From contig JBGAON010000004.1 in assembly GCA_044221725.1 (NCBI GenBank), forward strand, positions 96,001 to 160,000: a DNA stretch of 64,000 nt, read 5' to 3'. Position 1 is the first letter of the stretch, and each line of letters opens with the position of its first letter. This DNA is from Elusimicrobiota bacterium. Lineage in GTDB: Bacteria > Elusimicrobiota > Elusimicrobia > F11. This document shows positions 46,757-57,025 of the stretch, in pieces. The position numbers were made by a program, and so were the translations under genes. The notes beneath the pieces are model-generated. The model searched no databases. It saw only the letters and a list, made by a program, of their open reading frames with translations, and was not told the origin of the DNA.

Positions 46757-47484
46757 ATTCGATGAAAAAGAAGTTGCCCGTCCTTATTATTGTGATCGCG
46801 GCGGTGGCCGTTGGTTGGAAGCTTACGCATCGGTCTGATTTCTCGTACGCCGGAACGATTGAAGCCACCTATGTCGACATATCGCCGCAGTTAACAACAA
46901 CGATTCGCACCGTCGAAGCAAAAGAAGGCGAGATTGTGAAAAGCGGACAGGTGCTGGTTCGATTGACCGGCGACGACATTAAGCTCGCGGCCGACATTGC
47001 GGAAAAAGATTTCCAGCGGGCGGCCAAGCTACACCGGTCCGGGTCCATGCCGCAAGAACAGTTTGATCGATTGCGATTTAAGCGCGATGACGCCGCGCTG
47101 CGCGCCTCGTGGTGCACGATCGCATCGCCGCTCGATGGCACCGTGATTGACCGGTACCATGAGCCGGGCGAACTGGTGAACCCCACGATGAAGCTGTTAA
47201 CGCTCGCCGATCTCACGAACGTTTACGCGTATGTGTATGTGCCGCAGCCGACACTCTCGAAAGTGAAACTCAACATGAACGTCGATGCGGTGATTCCGGA
47301 GTTATCGAACAAAACACTGAAGGGACAAATTGTGCACATCCGTGACGAAGCGGAGTTCACGCCAAAGAATGTGCAGACGCGAGAAGAACGCACGCGGCTC
47401 GTTTACGGAATCAAAGTGGCGTTTGTTAATTCGGATGGAACGCTTAAGCCCGGCATGACCGTTGAGGTCAAATTACCGGAGTAA
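46753..47484 (+). CDS. HlyD-family periplasmic adaptor (YbhG-like)
   Basis: GTIEA, IASPLDG, AEFTPKNVQTREER..LVY, LKPGM. Confidence 0.92.
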   Translation: MNSMKKKLPVLIIVIAAVAVGWKLTHRSDFSYAGTIEATYVDISPQLTTTIRTVEAKEGEIVKSGQVLVRLTGDDIKLAADIAEKDFQRAAKLHRSGSMPQEQFDRLRFKRDDAALRASWCTIASPLDGTVIDRYHEPGELVNPTMKLLTLADLTNVYAYVYVPQPTLSKVKLNMNVDAVIPELSNKTLKGQIVHIRDEAEFTPKNVQTREERTRLVYGIKVAFVNSDGTLKPGMTVEVKLPE

Positions 47485-47486
47485 TT

Positions 47487-48209
47487 GTGGAAATCCGGGC
47501 TTCAAATCTCCGCAAACGGTTGGGGCGCACGCAAGCGTTGGACGGTATCACAACGGTGTTCCAACGCGGTCGTTTGCACGGTTTGATCGGTCCCGACGGC
47601 GCGGGCAAAACGACACTCTTGCGCATGCTGATGGGACTTTTAAGGCCCGACGAAGGTCGCATCGATTTCGCTGATAACGACACGCCGGTCCCGTTCGCGC
47701 AGGTTCGGCCGCGCATGGCTTACATGCCGCAGCAACAGAGTTTGTACGCCGACCTTTCCATTTCCGAGCATCTCGATTTTTTCCGCGACTTGTATCAGCT
47801 TCGGGCGAATGTTTATCGAGAAAAGCGTGAGGAATTGCTGCGCATCACTCGGCTCGATAAGTTTGCCGATCGCGCGGCCGGAAAATTGTCGGGTGGCATG
47901 TACAAGAAGCTCGGACTTATGTGCGCCCTGTTGGCCGATCCGTCCATCTTGTTGTTGGATGAACCGACCAACGGCGTCGATCCCATTAGCCGACGCGAAT
48001 TTTGGGAATTGCTGTACCGGTTAAAAGGGCAAAAGATTCTTATTGTGATTGCAACGGCTTACATGGATGAAGCGGAGCGGTGCGACCGTGTCCATTTGTT
48101 GGATAGTGGCCATGTGCTGGCGGCGGGGGAACCGCGGGCTGTTCTCGAAGAACAAGGTGTCCCGAATTTCGAGCAATTGTTTTTGAAACGCGCGGGAGTC
48201 TCCGCATGA
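47487..48209 (+). CDS. ABC ATPase (YbhF N-half-like)
   Basis: GPDGAGKT, LSGGM, LLDEPTNGVDP, TAYMDEAE. Confidence 0.92.
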   Translation: MEIRASNLRKRLGRTQALDGITTVFQRGRLHGLIGPDGAGKTTLLRMLMGLLRPDEGRIDFADNDTPVPFAQVRPRMAYMPQQQSLYADLSISEHLDFFRDLYQLRANVYREKREELLRITRLDKFADRAAGKLSGGMYKKLGLMCALLADPSILLLDEPTNGVDPISRREFWELLYRLKGQKILIVIATAYMDEAERCDRVHLLDSGHVLAAGEPRAVLEEQGVPNFEQLFLKRAGVSA

Positions 48210-49129
48210 AGCCGGTTGTTGACGTTTCGAATCTCGTTGTGAAGTTTGGCGATTTTACGGCCGTGAACAAGGTGACGTTTTCCGTTGCGCGCGGTGAAAT
48301 TTTTGGATTTCTGGGCGCGAACGGTGCTGGTAAAACCACGACGATCCGCGTGCTGTGCGGACTGTTAATCCCCACGTCGGGAAATGTGCACATCGCCGGA
48401 TTGGAATTCACTGACGATGAAACGGCGGCCACAATTAAGAGCCGCGTCGGTTACATGTCGCAAAAATTTACCTTGTACAGCGATCTCACGGTCACGGAAA
48501 ACTTGGAGTTCGCTGCCGCGCTCCGAAAAATGCCGAAACAGCGATTCGAAGCACGACGTGCCGAACTTTTCAAGTTCATCGGCTTTGATCAACCGCCGCA
48601 GACATTGGTGCGCGATCTGCCCGGCGGAATCAAACAGGAATTGTCGCTTGTCACGGCCATGCTGCACGACCCCGACATCATTTTTCTCGACGAACCGACC
48701 GCGGGCGTGTCACCGGTGTCGCGCGCACGTTTTTGGTCGCTCATTAAACGCCTGTCAGGGGAAGGGAAAACGATCTTCGTGACCACGCATTACATGGACG
48801 AAGCCGAACAATGCCACCGCATTGCGCTCATGCGCGCGGGCCAATTGATCGCGCTCGATTCGCCGGAAAATTTGAAAACACAAGCGTACCCGGAACCGTT
48901 GCTCGAGTTATCCCCAGGGCCGCACGTGGATTCTAGGTGGATGAACGACATTGAAACACAAAAGATTGGCGAATTGCAGCCGTACGGTTTGCGTTACCAT
49001 TTGGCGGTCAGCAATGCGCCCGCGTGGGAAAAATTTAAGACGCGCTGGGACCGAGAGTTATCGTCGCGCGCAATCCGGCCGTCGTTGGAAGACGTGTTCA
49101 TTCGGCTCGTGGAAGGAAAAGATCGGTGA
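48206..49129 (+). CDS. ABC ATPase (YbhF C-half-like)
   Basis: GANGAGKT, GYMSQKFTLY, LDEPTAGV, TTHYMDEAE, PSLEDVF. Confidence 0.92.
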   Translation: MKPVVDVSNLVVKFGDFTAVNKVTFSVARGEIFGFLGANGAGKTTTIRVLCGLLIPTSGNVHIAGLEFTDDETAATIKSRVGYMSQKFTLYSDLTVTENLEFAAALRKMPKQRFEARRAELFKFIGFDQPPQTLVRDLPGGIKQELSLVTAMLHDPDIIFLDEPTAGVSPVSRARFWSLIKRLSGEGKTIFVTTHYMDEAEQCHRIALMRAGQLIALDSPENLKTQAYPEPLLELSPGPHVDSRWMNDIETQKIGELQPYGLRYHLAVSNAPAWEKFKTRWDRELSSRAIRPSLEDVFIRLVEGKDR

Positions 49130-50241
49130 TGGATTTCAAATTCGGCCGCGCTCTTTCTATCGCAAAGAAAGAAGTGCGCCACATTTTGCGCGACCCGTTC
49201 ACACTAACAATGGCGCTCAGCATGCCGGTGTTGCTCGTCACATTTTTCGGCTTTATCATCGATTTCGATGTGCGTGACATCCGAATGCTTATGGTGGACC
49301 GTGACCAAACAAAATCATCGCGCGCGCTTCGAGACATTTTTACAAGCTCCCAATTTTTTGATGTGCGTCCCACGCGCGAGAACGTGCGGCCGTTGCGTGT
49401 TCTGGACGAAGAGAAAGCCAAAGCCGTAATGGTGATCGAACCCGAATTCGAGAAACAATTAAAGCGCCATCAGCCGGCGTCCGTGCAAATTGCGCTCGAT
49501 GGTGCCGACAACCAAACGGCCGGCATTATTGGAGGATATTTGGCCTCGATCGAGCGCGCCGCATCCAAGTTGGTTGACCGGCAAATCCCTCCGTCCGTGA
49601 ACATCAAGACACGATTTGTGTTCAACGCCGAGCTCAACAGCCGGTGGTTTATTATTCCGGGCCTGGCTGTTGTGATTGTCGGAATTTTGTCGATTCTGCT
49701 GACGGCGCTCACGGTAGCGCGTGAATGGGAGAACGGCTCCATGGAACTGTTGCTGGCCACGCCGGTGCGTCCGTTTGAAATTATTGTTGGAAAGCTCGCG
49801 CCGTACACGGTGCTCGGACTCGCCGCCATTTTGTTCGTGTACGTGGCCGCTCGCATTGGGTTTGGTGTTCCGTTTCGCGGCAGCCACTGGCTCTTTTTGT
49901 TCGGATGCGTCATTTTTCTCGGAACGGCGCTCGCGCAAGGGCTCGTTATTTCGGTTGTGACGCGTCAACAACAATTGGCGATGCAAATGGCCAACATGAC
50001 GGGGATGCTGCCGTCTTTGATGCTGTCGGGTTTTATTTTTCCCATAGAAAGCATGCCCGTATTTTTTCAACGCTTGACGGCGGCTCTGGCTCCTCGTTGG
50101 TTTATGGAAATCAGTCGCGGGATTTTTTTGAAGGGGGCGGACGCCATTGATCTCATCGTGCCGATTGGAGCGTTGCTGCTGATAAACATGGTGCTGTTAA
50201 CGCTGGCCGCACGGAAATTCAAAACGGATTTGGAACCATGA
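49126..50241 (+). CDS. ABC-2 permease (YbhS-like)
   Basis: KE..HILRD, AREWENGSMELL, LSGFIFPIESMP. Confidence 0.9.
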   Translation: MMDFKFGRALSIAKKEVRHILRDPFTLTMALSMPVLLVTFFGFIIDFDVRDIRMLMVDRDQTKSSRALRDIFTSSQFFDVRPTRENVRPLRVLDEEKAKAVMVIEPEFEKQLKRHQPASVQIALDGADNQTAGIIGGYLASIERAASKLVDRQIPPSVNIKTRFVFNAELNSRWFIIPGLAVVIVGILSILLTALTVAREWENGSMELLLATPVRPFEIIVGKLAPYTVLGLAAILFVYVAARIGFGVPFRGSHWLFLFGCVIFLGTALAQGLVISVVTRQQQLAMQMANMTGMLPSLMLSGFIFPIESMPVFFQRLTAALAPRWFMEISRGIFLKGADAIDLIVPIGALLLINMVLLTLAARKFKTDLEP

Positions 50242-51356
50242 GAAATGCCACGCTCAGGGGCTTCTTAAAAAAAGAAATGGCTCAGGCCATTCGCGATCCC
50301 CGCATGCGAATTGTTCTTTTCGCTGTCCCGGTGATCCAGATGACACTTTTTGGCCTCGCTCTGTCCAATGAGGTGCGCAACATCAAATTAAAATTTGTGC
50401 GCCAACCGGCTGATTCGATTGCCGAAAAGTTGGAACAACGCTGTCTTGCTTCGGGTTGGTTTGTGCCGGCGCAGGATAAGACAGTCGGAAGTCTCAACGA
50501 CGATCAGGCTCTTCGACTATTGCGCTCCGGTCGTGCGCACGCAATTCTCATTGCTCCGCCCGAAGGGTTTACGCGATCGATCGAAGATGGTCGCGGTGAG
50601 ATTCAATTGCTTGTGGACGCATCCAACGCGGTGCGCGGCCGGTCGATCGAATTCTATGTGCAAGCCGTCATGGCCCAGGTGCTCAAAGAAGAAGGCCGTT
50701 TTAACGCCGTGCCCCCCGTCGAATTTAAAGTGCGCATGCTTTACAACCCGTCGATGCGCACGGCCATCTTTCTTGTGCCGGGCGTTATGTGCATGATGAT
50801 TTGTTTGATTACGATCGTGCTCACAAGCATGTCGATTGCGCGCGAAAAAGAAATGGGAACGCTCGAGACGCTGATTTCGTCGCCCGCAAAAATCTGGGAA
50901 ATAATTCTCGGGAAAACCTTGCCATACGTCATTATTGGCATGATCGACGTGCCGCTGGTTCTTGGCGTAGCGATGCTGGGGTTCGGAGTCCCCATGCGGG
51001 GGAATTATTTCGAACTTGCGCTTTCGGCGTTCGTGTTTGTGTGCGCTTCCGTCAGTTTGGGCACGCTGATTTCAACGTTCGCGAAGAATCAGCAGCAAGC
51101 GATGATGGGCGGTTTCTTGATTTTGTTTCCAGCCATTCAACTGTCCGGCATTATGTATCCGCTCGACAACATTCCGCCGTTGATCAAATGGGTTCCGTAT
51201 CTGAACCCGCTAAAATATTTCGCCATTTTGATTCGCAACATCATGCTGAAAGGCGGTGACCCAGCGGTCGTCTGGCCGAACATGCTAGCAATGGTGTTGC
51301 TCGCTGTTGTGACCATTACGATAAGCTTTAAACGCTTTCGTCACACGCTCAATTAA
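50238..51356 (+). CDS. ABC-2 permease (YbhR-like)
   Basis: AREKEMGTLETL, NQQQAM, LSG..YP, NPL.YF. Confidence 0.9.
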   Translation: MRNATLRGFLKKEMAQAIRDPRMRIVLFAVPVIQMTLFGLALSNEVRNIKLKFVRQPADSIAEKLEQRCLASGWFVPAQDKTVGSLNDDQALRLLRSGRAHAILIAPPEGFTRSIEDGRGEIQLLVDASNAVRGRSIEFYVQAVMAQVLKEEGRFNAVPPVEFKVRMLYNPSMRTAIFLVPGVMCMMICLITIVLTSMSIAREKEMGTLETLISSPAKIWEIILGKTLPYVIIGMIDVPLVLGVAMLGFGVPMRGNYFELALSAFVFVCASVSLGTLISTFAKNQQQAMMGGFLILFPAIQLSGIMYPLDNIPPLIKWVPYLNPLKYFAILIRNIMLKGGDPAVVWPNMLAMVLLAVVTITISFKRFRHTLN

Positions 51357-51372
51357 TGCGAGAGTCCACTCG

Positions 51373-52980
51373 ATGAACAACGAAATGAAACCAAGTGAAC
51401 GGGTGGCGCTGCGTGTCTTGCTCGGCGTTTTCCTGCTGCTGCTTTTCGTTGAATTGCCCGGTTCGCATTTGTTCGACCCCGACGAAGCGCGTTACGCCGA
51501 AATCCCACGCGAGATGCTCGCTTCCGGAAATTTCTTAAAGATGGAACTGAATGGTAGCGATTATTTGGAGAAGCCGCCGCTGTTGTATTGGGCGAACGCG
51601 CTTTCGATGAAGGCGCTCGGCGAAACGCCCTTCGCCGCGCGGTTGCCGGTTCGGTTGGCGTGCACGGGAACGGTTCTTCTACTGATTTGCGCGGAGGGTC
51701 TGTGGCCAGCGCTTCTGTACATTTCGTGTTTGTTGCCATTTGCGCTAGGGCGCATCAATATCATCGATGGGCTCGTCAGCTTCTTTATCACCGCGGCGTT
51801 TTTTTCATTGCGCTCGTTATTGCGGGCCGAATCTTTGCAAAAGACGCGGCGCCAAGCGCTACTTCTCGGAACATCGGTTGCGTTCGGTGTGCTCGCGAAA
51901 GGACTTATTGCAATCGTTCTGCCAGGTTTGGTTTTTGCTGCGTGGGTAGCGATCACGAAACAATGGAGTGCTTTGCGTAAGGTGCTGGTTGGCTGGGCGC
52001 CGATTATTTTCTTTGCTTTGGTCGTCCCCGTGGTTCTGTTATTGGAAACGAACAATCCGGGTTTTTTTCACTTCTTTGTTGTGCGTGAACATTTTCAACG
52101 CTACTTGTCTGACATTCACGAGCGTACGCAACCGTGGTGGTTCTTTGTGCCGGTCGTGATGCTCGGACTGCTTCCGTGGCCCATGCTGATCATCGCGAAC
52201 ATTCGTTCGGCGTTTCGAAAGGGATGGCGCGACCTGCGCACGCAATCCGATTTGTTGTTTCTCGGTTTGTGGGCGGTCGTGCCGTTTTGTTTCTTTTCGT
52301 TGTCGCATTCGAAGCTGATCCCGTACATTTTGCCGATCTTTGTGCCGCTTTCCATTCTCATGGCGCGGCCGATTCTTTCGGCGGATTCCCTTTCAAACGC
52401 GGCGTGGAAATATCAGGCGATCTTCTTTTCGTTGATAGGAATTGGCGGCTTTTTCGCGGCGCGGCACGCCTCCGCCGTCGTGCGCCTCGACCTGTTCGGG
52501 CCCGTGGCTATGCTCAGTGGAATCTTTGTCGCGGCCGGATGGGTTGGGTACATGATGGCGCGGCGTTCCACCGTGCAAGCGTGCCTAACTCAAACGGCGT
52601 TGTGGAGCGTTTCGGTCGGTGTTTTGGTCGGTGTCGTTCCGAAGCTCGCGCACGATTATTCCGACCACGCTTTGGCCGTCGCCGCGAAAGAAGCGGGCAC
52701 CCCACGCATTTTTATGGTCCGAGATTATTCACAAAATTTTCCGTGGGTTCTGCAACGACCGGTACCGGTTGTTGGATTCAAAGGAGAATTGGCATCCAAT
52801 GGCGAGCTTGATCCAAAGCTATTTTGGAGCGAATCTGATTTCTGGAGATTGTGGCAAGGGCCGGAGAAAGTGGTGGTAGTAACACGCGGCCGAGATATTT
52901 CCGAATTTGCAACGCCGACGGGTTTGCCCGTGCGGTTGGCATCAAATCGGCGTCGGACCGTGCTACTCAATCACAATTAA
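51373..52980 (+). CDS. arnT: ArnT-family (GT83) lipid glycosyltransferase
   Basis: DPDEARYAEIPREML.SG, YLEKPPL.YW, LAKG, SKLIPYILP. Confidence 0.85.
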   Translation: MNNEMKPSERVALRVLLGVFLLLLFVELPGSHLFDPDEARYAEIPREMLASGNFLKMELNGSDYLEKPPLLYWANALSMKALGETPFAARLPVRLACTGTVLLLICAEGLWPALLYISCLLPFALGRINIIDGLVSFFITAAFFSLRSLLRAESLQKTRRQALLLGTSVAFGVLAKGLIAIVLPGLVFAAWVAITKQWSALRKVLVGWAPIIFFALVVPVVLLLETNNPGFFHFFVVREHFQRYLSDIHERTQPWWFFVPVVMLGLLPWPMLIIANIRSAFRKGWRDLRTQSDLLFLGLWAVVPFCFFSLSHSKLIPYILPIFVPLSILMARPILSADSLSNAAWKYQAIFFSLIGIGGFFAARHASAVVRLDLFGPVAMLSGIFVAAGWVGYMMARRSTVQACLTQTALWSVSVGVLVGVVPKLAHDYSDHALAVAAKEAGTPRIFMVRDYSQNFPWVLQRPVPVVGFKGELASNGELDPKLFWSESDFWRLWQGPEKVVVVTRGRDISEFATPTGLPVRLASNRRRTVLLNHN

Positions 52981-53043
52981 CAAGAATTCGGTCCGAAAAT
53001 ATGAAAGGATTGCCCCTCAATTTCTAGAAGGAGACTTATCATC

Positions 53044-53202
53044 ATGGATCGAGGACGCGACAAACAAAAAGCCGGACAAAAAAGCACGAAAGGAAACCGC
53101 TACACGCGCGAAGAACGCCACCGTCTTGGAATATCGGCCACGGCCCGCGCCGCAGCCCGCCGCACCGCCAAGCTCGCCGCGAAGCAAAGAAAGCCCGCTT
53201 AA
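53044..53202 (+). CDS. Small very basic protein (52 aa), below ORF-track cutoff
   Basis: RBS AAGGAGA upstream; MDRGRDKQKAGQKSTKGNRYTREERHRLGISATARAAARRTAKLAAKQRKPA; fills the intergenic gap. Confidence 0.6.
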   Translation: MDRGRDKQKAGQKSTKGNRYTREERHRLGISATARAAARRTAKLAAKQRKPA

Positions 53203-53206
53203 TTTC

Positions 53207-53896
53207 TTAGCGACGCTTTCCGGTCAGACGAATCAACATGAGAAACATGTTGATGAAGTCGAGGTACAGCGTCAGCGCGCCCATAATCGCCGCTTTGGTG
53301 GCGGTTTCTTCGTCCATGCCGACCATCGTCATTGCTTTGATTTTCTGCGTGTCGTAAGCGGTAAGCCCCACAAAAACGAACAATCCGACGTACGTCGTGA
53401 TCCACATCAGCGCGCTGCTGTTCAGAAAAATGTTCACAACCGATGCGAGAATAATTCCAATGAGCAACATGAAACAGATGTTGCCGATGCTCGTCAGGTC
53501 GCGTTTCGTCACGTAGCCGTAGAAGCTCATGGCCGCGAACGTGGCGGCGGTCAGAAAGAACGTGGAAGCGATGGACCCGTTCGTGTAGATCATGAAGATC
53601 ACCGACAACGTGGCGCCGTTAAACGCAGAATATATAAGGAAGGCCATGGTGGCGGCGCCGGCCGTCATGTTTCTTACCCAGCCGCTCAAGCCAATGACGA
53701 GCGCAAACTCTCCGAGAATCAGTCCGTAAAACAAAATGCGGTTGGACAATAAAAAGCCGAGAAACGTGGGGTTGGTTCCAATGGTGCCTGCGACCCAGCC
53801 GGTGAGCGCGAGGCCCAGCGACATCCAGCCGTAAACTTTCGTTATGAAGCTGCGCGTTTCGACGACGTCGGTCGGCAGCGATAGATTTGATTCCAT
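53207..53896 (-). CDS. Bax inhibitor-1/YccA family membrane protein
   Basis: KVYGWM..GL, YGYVTKRDL, AYDTQKIK, ALTLYLDFINMFL. Confidence 0.95.
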   Translation of the reverse strand: MESNLSLPTDVVETRSFITKVYGWMSLGLALTGWVAGTIGTNPTFLGFLLSNRILFYGLILGEFALVIGLSGWVRNMTAGAATMAFLIYSAFNGATLSVIFMIYTNGSIASTFFLTAATFAAMSFYGYVTKRDLTSIGNICFMLLIGIILASVVNIFLNSSALMWITTYVGLFVFVGLTAYDTQKIKAMTMVGMDEETATKAAIMGALTLYLDFINMFLMLIRLTGKRR

Positions 53897-53946
53897 GGTT
53901 CTTCCTCCTTCGGGAACAAAGAAGCTATAACATACTTAATTATTTC

Positions 53947-54756
53947 ATGAGAAAATCAACGACGAAGACCCCGACATTATTCGTTTCCCACGGATCTCCG
54001 ATGATCGCTATCGAAGAGGATGCGTTTACGGCGGCGCTTGGCGCGTGGGCAAAACAAATATCCAAACCTTCCGCGCTGGTTGTGATGTCCGCGCACTGGG
54101 AAGCCGCGGGCCCGTTGCGCGTGAACACCGGGGCGGCGCCCGGAATGATCCACGATTTTGGTGGATTCCCTGATGCGTTGTACGAGATTAATTACCCGGC
54201 CCCTGGTAACCCGGAGCTGGCCCAAAGAATTGTTCGGATGTTGTCTGATGAAAAAATTCCGGTTGTGACCGAACCCAAGCGTGGATTTGACCACGGGGTA
54301 TGGACGCCGCTCCGGCGCGTTTTTCCCGATGCCAGTATTCCGCTCGTGCAGATCAGTTTGCCAATGCCTCGTAGGCCCCGTGAAATCCTTCGGATGGGGA
54401 AAGCTCTCGCGCCACTTCGCGATGAGGGGGGCATGCTCATTGGAACCGGCGGCGTCGTTCACAACTTGAGGTTAATTCGGATGGGCGCCAAAGATGCGCC
54501 GGTGGACCCGTGGGCCAAAAAGTTTGACGAGTGGGTCAAAGAACACTTGGAAACCAACGATGTGGAAACGCTTGCGAATTATCAGCGGCTTGGTCCGCAC
54601 GCGGATCTCGCGGCGCCCACCCCGGAGCATTTCGATCCACTGTTTTTTCCGCTCGGAGCGGCGGCGGGCGAGCCAATAACATTCGTTTACGAAGGTTTTC
54701 ATTACGGCAACCTTTCCATGCGAACCTTTGCGCTCGGCGAAGCTGCCCTTCCCTAA
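53947..54756 (+). CDS. DODA/YgiD-type extradiol dioxygenase (LigB family)
   Basis: FVSHGSP, SAHW, HDFGGFP, RGFDHG.W, VHNL, PTPEHF.PL. Confidence 0.92.
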   Translation: MRKSTTKTPTLFVSHGSPMIAIEEDAFTAALGAWAKQISKPSALVVMSAHWEAAGPLRVNTGAAPGMIHDFGGFPDALYEINYPAPGNPELAQRIVRMLSDEKIPVVTEPKRGFDHGVWTPLRRVFPDASIPLVQISLPMPRRPREILRMGKALAPLRDEGGMLIGTGGVVHNLRLIRMGAKDAPVDPWAKKFDEWVKEHLETNDVETLANYQRLGPHADLAAPTPEHFDPLFFPLGAAAGEPITFVYEGFHYGNLSMRTFALGEAALP

Positions 54757-54828
54757 ATTTTAATCATCCCCAACTTCTTCGTTCACCATTCGTAGATATT
54801 ACGCCAACTATCCCAGGGAGGAATATCT

Positions 54829-55353
54829 ATGAGGTTTCAAAGTTCAATGCTTGTTGTTGCCGTGATGGCCATGCCGATTTGGGCCGCCACGGATTCGGAT
54901 GCCGCACGAAAAATGGAGTCGCAAGTGCTCAACGATCTTCATCGATCAAACCAGATGGAGATGGCCATGGGCCAAATGGCAAAGGACCAAGGTTACACGC
55001 AGCGCGTCCGGCAGTACGGTGAACAATTGATCAACGATCACGAGGAAGCCGATAAGCGGACTCAGGATGTTGCGAATCAACAGAACATCACGCTCGCCGA
55101 AACGAACCAAGGTCACCCCGCCAACACGCACAAACTCAGCTCGTTGAAAGGCATCGAGTTTGACCGCGCGTTCGCGAAAGCGATGCTTGAAGACCACAAC
55201 AAAGATGTGAAAAAACTCGAAGACGCTCAAAAGAAGCTCACCGATTCACCGGTCAAAGATCTGGTTGATCAAGTGTTGCCCGTGTTGCGCGACCATCAAC
55301 GGACGGCCAACGACCTCACACTCGAGCTAAAAAAGAACAGCAACCCCAGCTAA
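54829..55353 (+). CDS. DUF4142 family exported protein
   Basis: Signal peptide; E..MG.MA, DH, G.EFDRAF...M..DH, LPVL..H; RBS GGAGG. Confidence 0.85.
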   Translation: MRFQSSMLVVAVMAMPIWAATDSDAARKMESQVLNDLHRSNQMEMAMGQMAKDQGYTQRVRQYGEQLINDHEEADKRTQDVANQQNITLAETNQGHPANTHKLSSLKGIEFDRAFAKAMLEDHNKDVKKLEDAQKKLTDSPVKDLVDQVLPVLRDHQRTANDLTLELKKNSNPS

Positions 55354-55408
55354 AAGTATCTCATCGCTCTTTTTTGGAGGGGAGGCGACGCTTTAACTAC
55401 AATGAATT

Positions 55409-56746
55409 ATGGCCGAGTCGCTTCCCTTCCCAAAAAAGACAAATTGGACGTTCGTTCTCCGCGCGCTTAAATACCGAAACTATCGGCTTTTCTTTAGCGG
55501 ACAAATTGTTTCGCTGATCGGCACATGGATGACGATGACGGCGAGCAGTTGGCTCGTTTACCGGCTGACCCAATCGACCTGGATGCTGGGTGTGGTCGGG
55601 TTTGCGGGTCAATTCCCTTCCTTTATTTTTGCGCCGTACGCGGGCGTTGTGGTGGACCGTTGGAACCGTCACCGGCTACTGATCCTGACGCAAGCCTGCT
55701 CGATGTTGCAGTCGTTCATGCTCGCATTTTTCACGTTGAACGGAACCGTTACGATTCCTCTGATCATTATGCTGAACGTGGTAAACGGAATCATTAACGC
55801 ATTCGATGTGCCTTGCCGTCAGGCATTTGTGGTGTCGATGATCGAGGATAAAAACGATTTGGGAAACGCCATTGCACTCAATTCGTCAATGTTTAATATG
55901 GCGCGGTTACTGGGTCCTTCTATTGCTGGACTCGTGATCGCGGCGTGGAATGAGGGATGGTGCTTTTTCATTGACGGTGCCAGTTTCTTGGCGGTCATCG
56001 GTGTTTTGTTTGCGATGCGCGTGCCACCTCACAAAGCACGGCCGGCCAATGATGCAAGCGCGTACAAGCAATTCCGGCAAGGTTTTTCTTACGCGTATGG
56101 TTTTACGCCGATCCGTTCCATCATTCTTTTGCTTGCGCTCGTCAGTTTTGTCGGCGTGCCCTATGGAATTCTTATGCCGGTCTTCGCGGCGAAGATTCTG
56201 GGAGGCGGTGCCCACACGCTTGGTTTTCTTATGACCGCCTCCGGGTGCGGCGCGCTCGTTGCGGCAATTTGGCTTGCCTCGCGCAAATCGGTGTTGGGGC
56301 TCGGCCGCGCAATTCCGATCGCAACCGCGATTTTCGGTTTTGGCCTGATTCTCTTTTCGTTGTCGCGCACATTGTGGATCTCGCTTGCGCTGCTCTTTGT
56401 CACGGGCTTTGGTTTCATGGTGCAAATGGCGTCCAGCAACACGATTCTTCAAACGATTGTGGATGACGACAAACGCGGCCGCGTTATGAGCCTGTTTCTG
56501 ATGGCGCTGCTCGGCACATCACCGTTTGGAAGTTTGTTTGCGGGTAGCCTTGCGGCGCGGCTCGGAGCTCCGCACACGTTGTTTATCGGCGGTGTGTGTT
56601 GCCTTGTGGGCGCCGCTTGGTTTGCTTCGCATTTACCGCAAATCCGGGAAGCGGTGCGGCCCATTTACCGTCGCATGGGAATCCTTCCACAGATTACGAC
56701 CGGCCTCAAGAATGCGGCCGCGTTAACGATTCCGGAGCGGGACTAA
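55409..56746 (+). CDS. MFS transporter (MFS_3-like)
   Basis: RNYRLFFSGQ.VS.IGTWM, DRWNR, NAIALNS..FN.AR, RGRVMS; 12 TMs. Confidence 0.93.
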   Translation: MAESLPFPKKTNWTFVLRALKYRNYRLFFSGQIVSLIGTWMTMTASSWLVYRLTQSTWMLGVVGFAGQFPSFIFAPYAGVVVDRWNRHRLLILTQACSMLQSFMLAFFTLNGTVTIPLIIMLNVVNGIINAFDVPCRQAFVVSMIEDKNDLGNAIALNSSMFNMARLLGPSIAGLVIAAWNEGWCFFIDGASFLAVIGVLFAMRVPPHKARPANDASAYKQFRQGFSYAYGFTPIRSIILLLALVSFVGVPYGILMPVFAAKILGGGAHTLGFLMTASGCGALVAAIWLASRKSVLGLGRAIPIATAIFGFGLILFSLSRTLWISLALLFVTGFGFMVQMASSNTILQTIVDDDKRGRVMSLFLMALLGTSPFGSLFAGSLAARLGAPHTLFIGGVCCLVGAAWFASHLPQIREAVRPIYRRMGILPQITTGLKNAAALTIPERD

Positions 56747-57025
56747 TTATTTTTTGAGTCGACGCCCTGCCTCGTGGGGTGTGATGGTTCCCTCTCGCAG
56801 TTCCTTTTTCGTTTCTTCATCGAGCTCGGGATGGTCGCTGATGAACGGCTCCACGTTGCTCTGTTCGGTTTTCTGTTCGAGACGCTCTTGGTGCTCTTGA
56901 TTGGGATCGCTGCGAATGTGCGGCGTTTTAATTTGGACGCAGCTCGGTCCAAGGGTAAGCAAAATCGTCGTTCCCGCGAAGGCGGGAATCCAGACATTTC
57001 TGGGGAAATCGGGACGCGGCTTCAT
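56747..57025 (-). CDS. Small putative exported or lipoprotein with repeat-derived signal region
   Basis: Hydrophobic stretch WIPAFAGTTILLTLGPSC, then a charged domain; lipobox is atypical. Confidence 0.5.
   Translation of the reverse strand: MKPRPDFPRNVWIPAFAGTTILLTLGPSCVQIKTPHIRSDPNQEHQERLEQKTEQSNVEPFISDHPELDEETKKELREGTITPHEAGRRLKK

Noticed and set aside
47487..49129. Two tandem ABC ATPase genes as a frameshifted ybhF
   Set aside because: Both have intact starts and motifs with an ATGA overlap; split forms are common.
52907..53752. 281-aa plus-strand ORF
   Set aside because: Mostly antisense to the YccA-family gene; the RBS-supported 52-aa ORF in another frame explains the gap better.
54771..54796. 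CAACTT-N14-CGTAG upstream of the DUF4142 gene as a third ECF promoter
   Set aside because: The -35 and spacing differ from the CGAAGA-N15-CGTAT motif; a single instance is insufficient.
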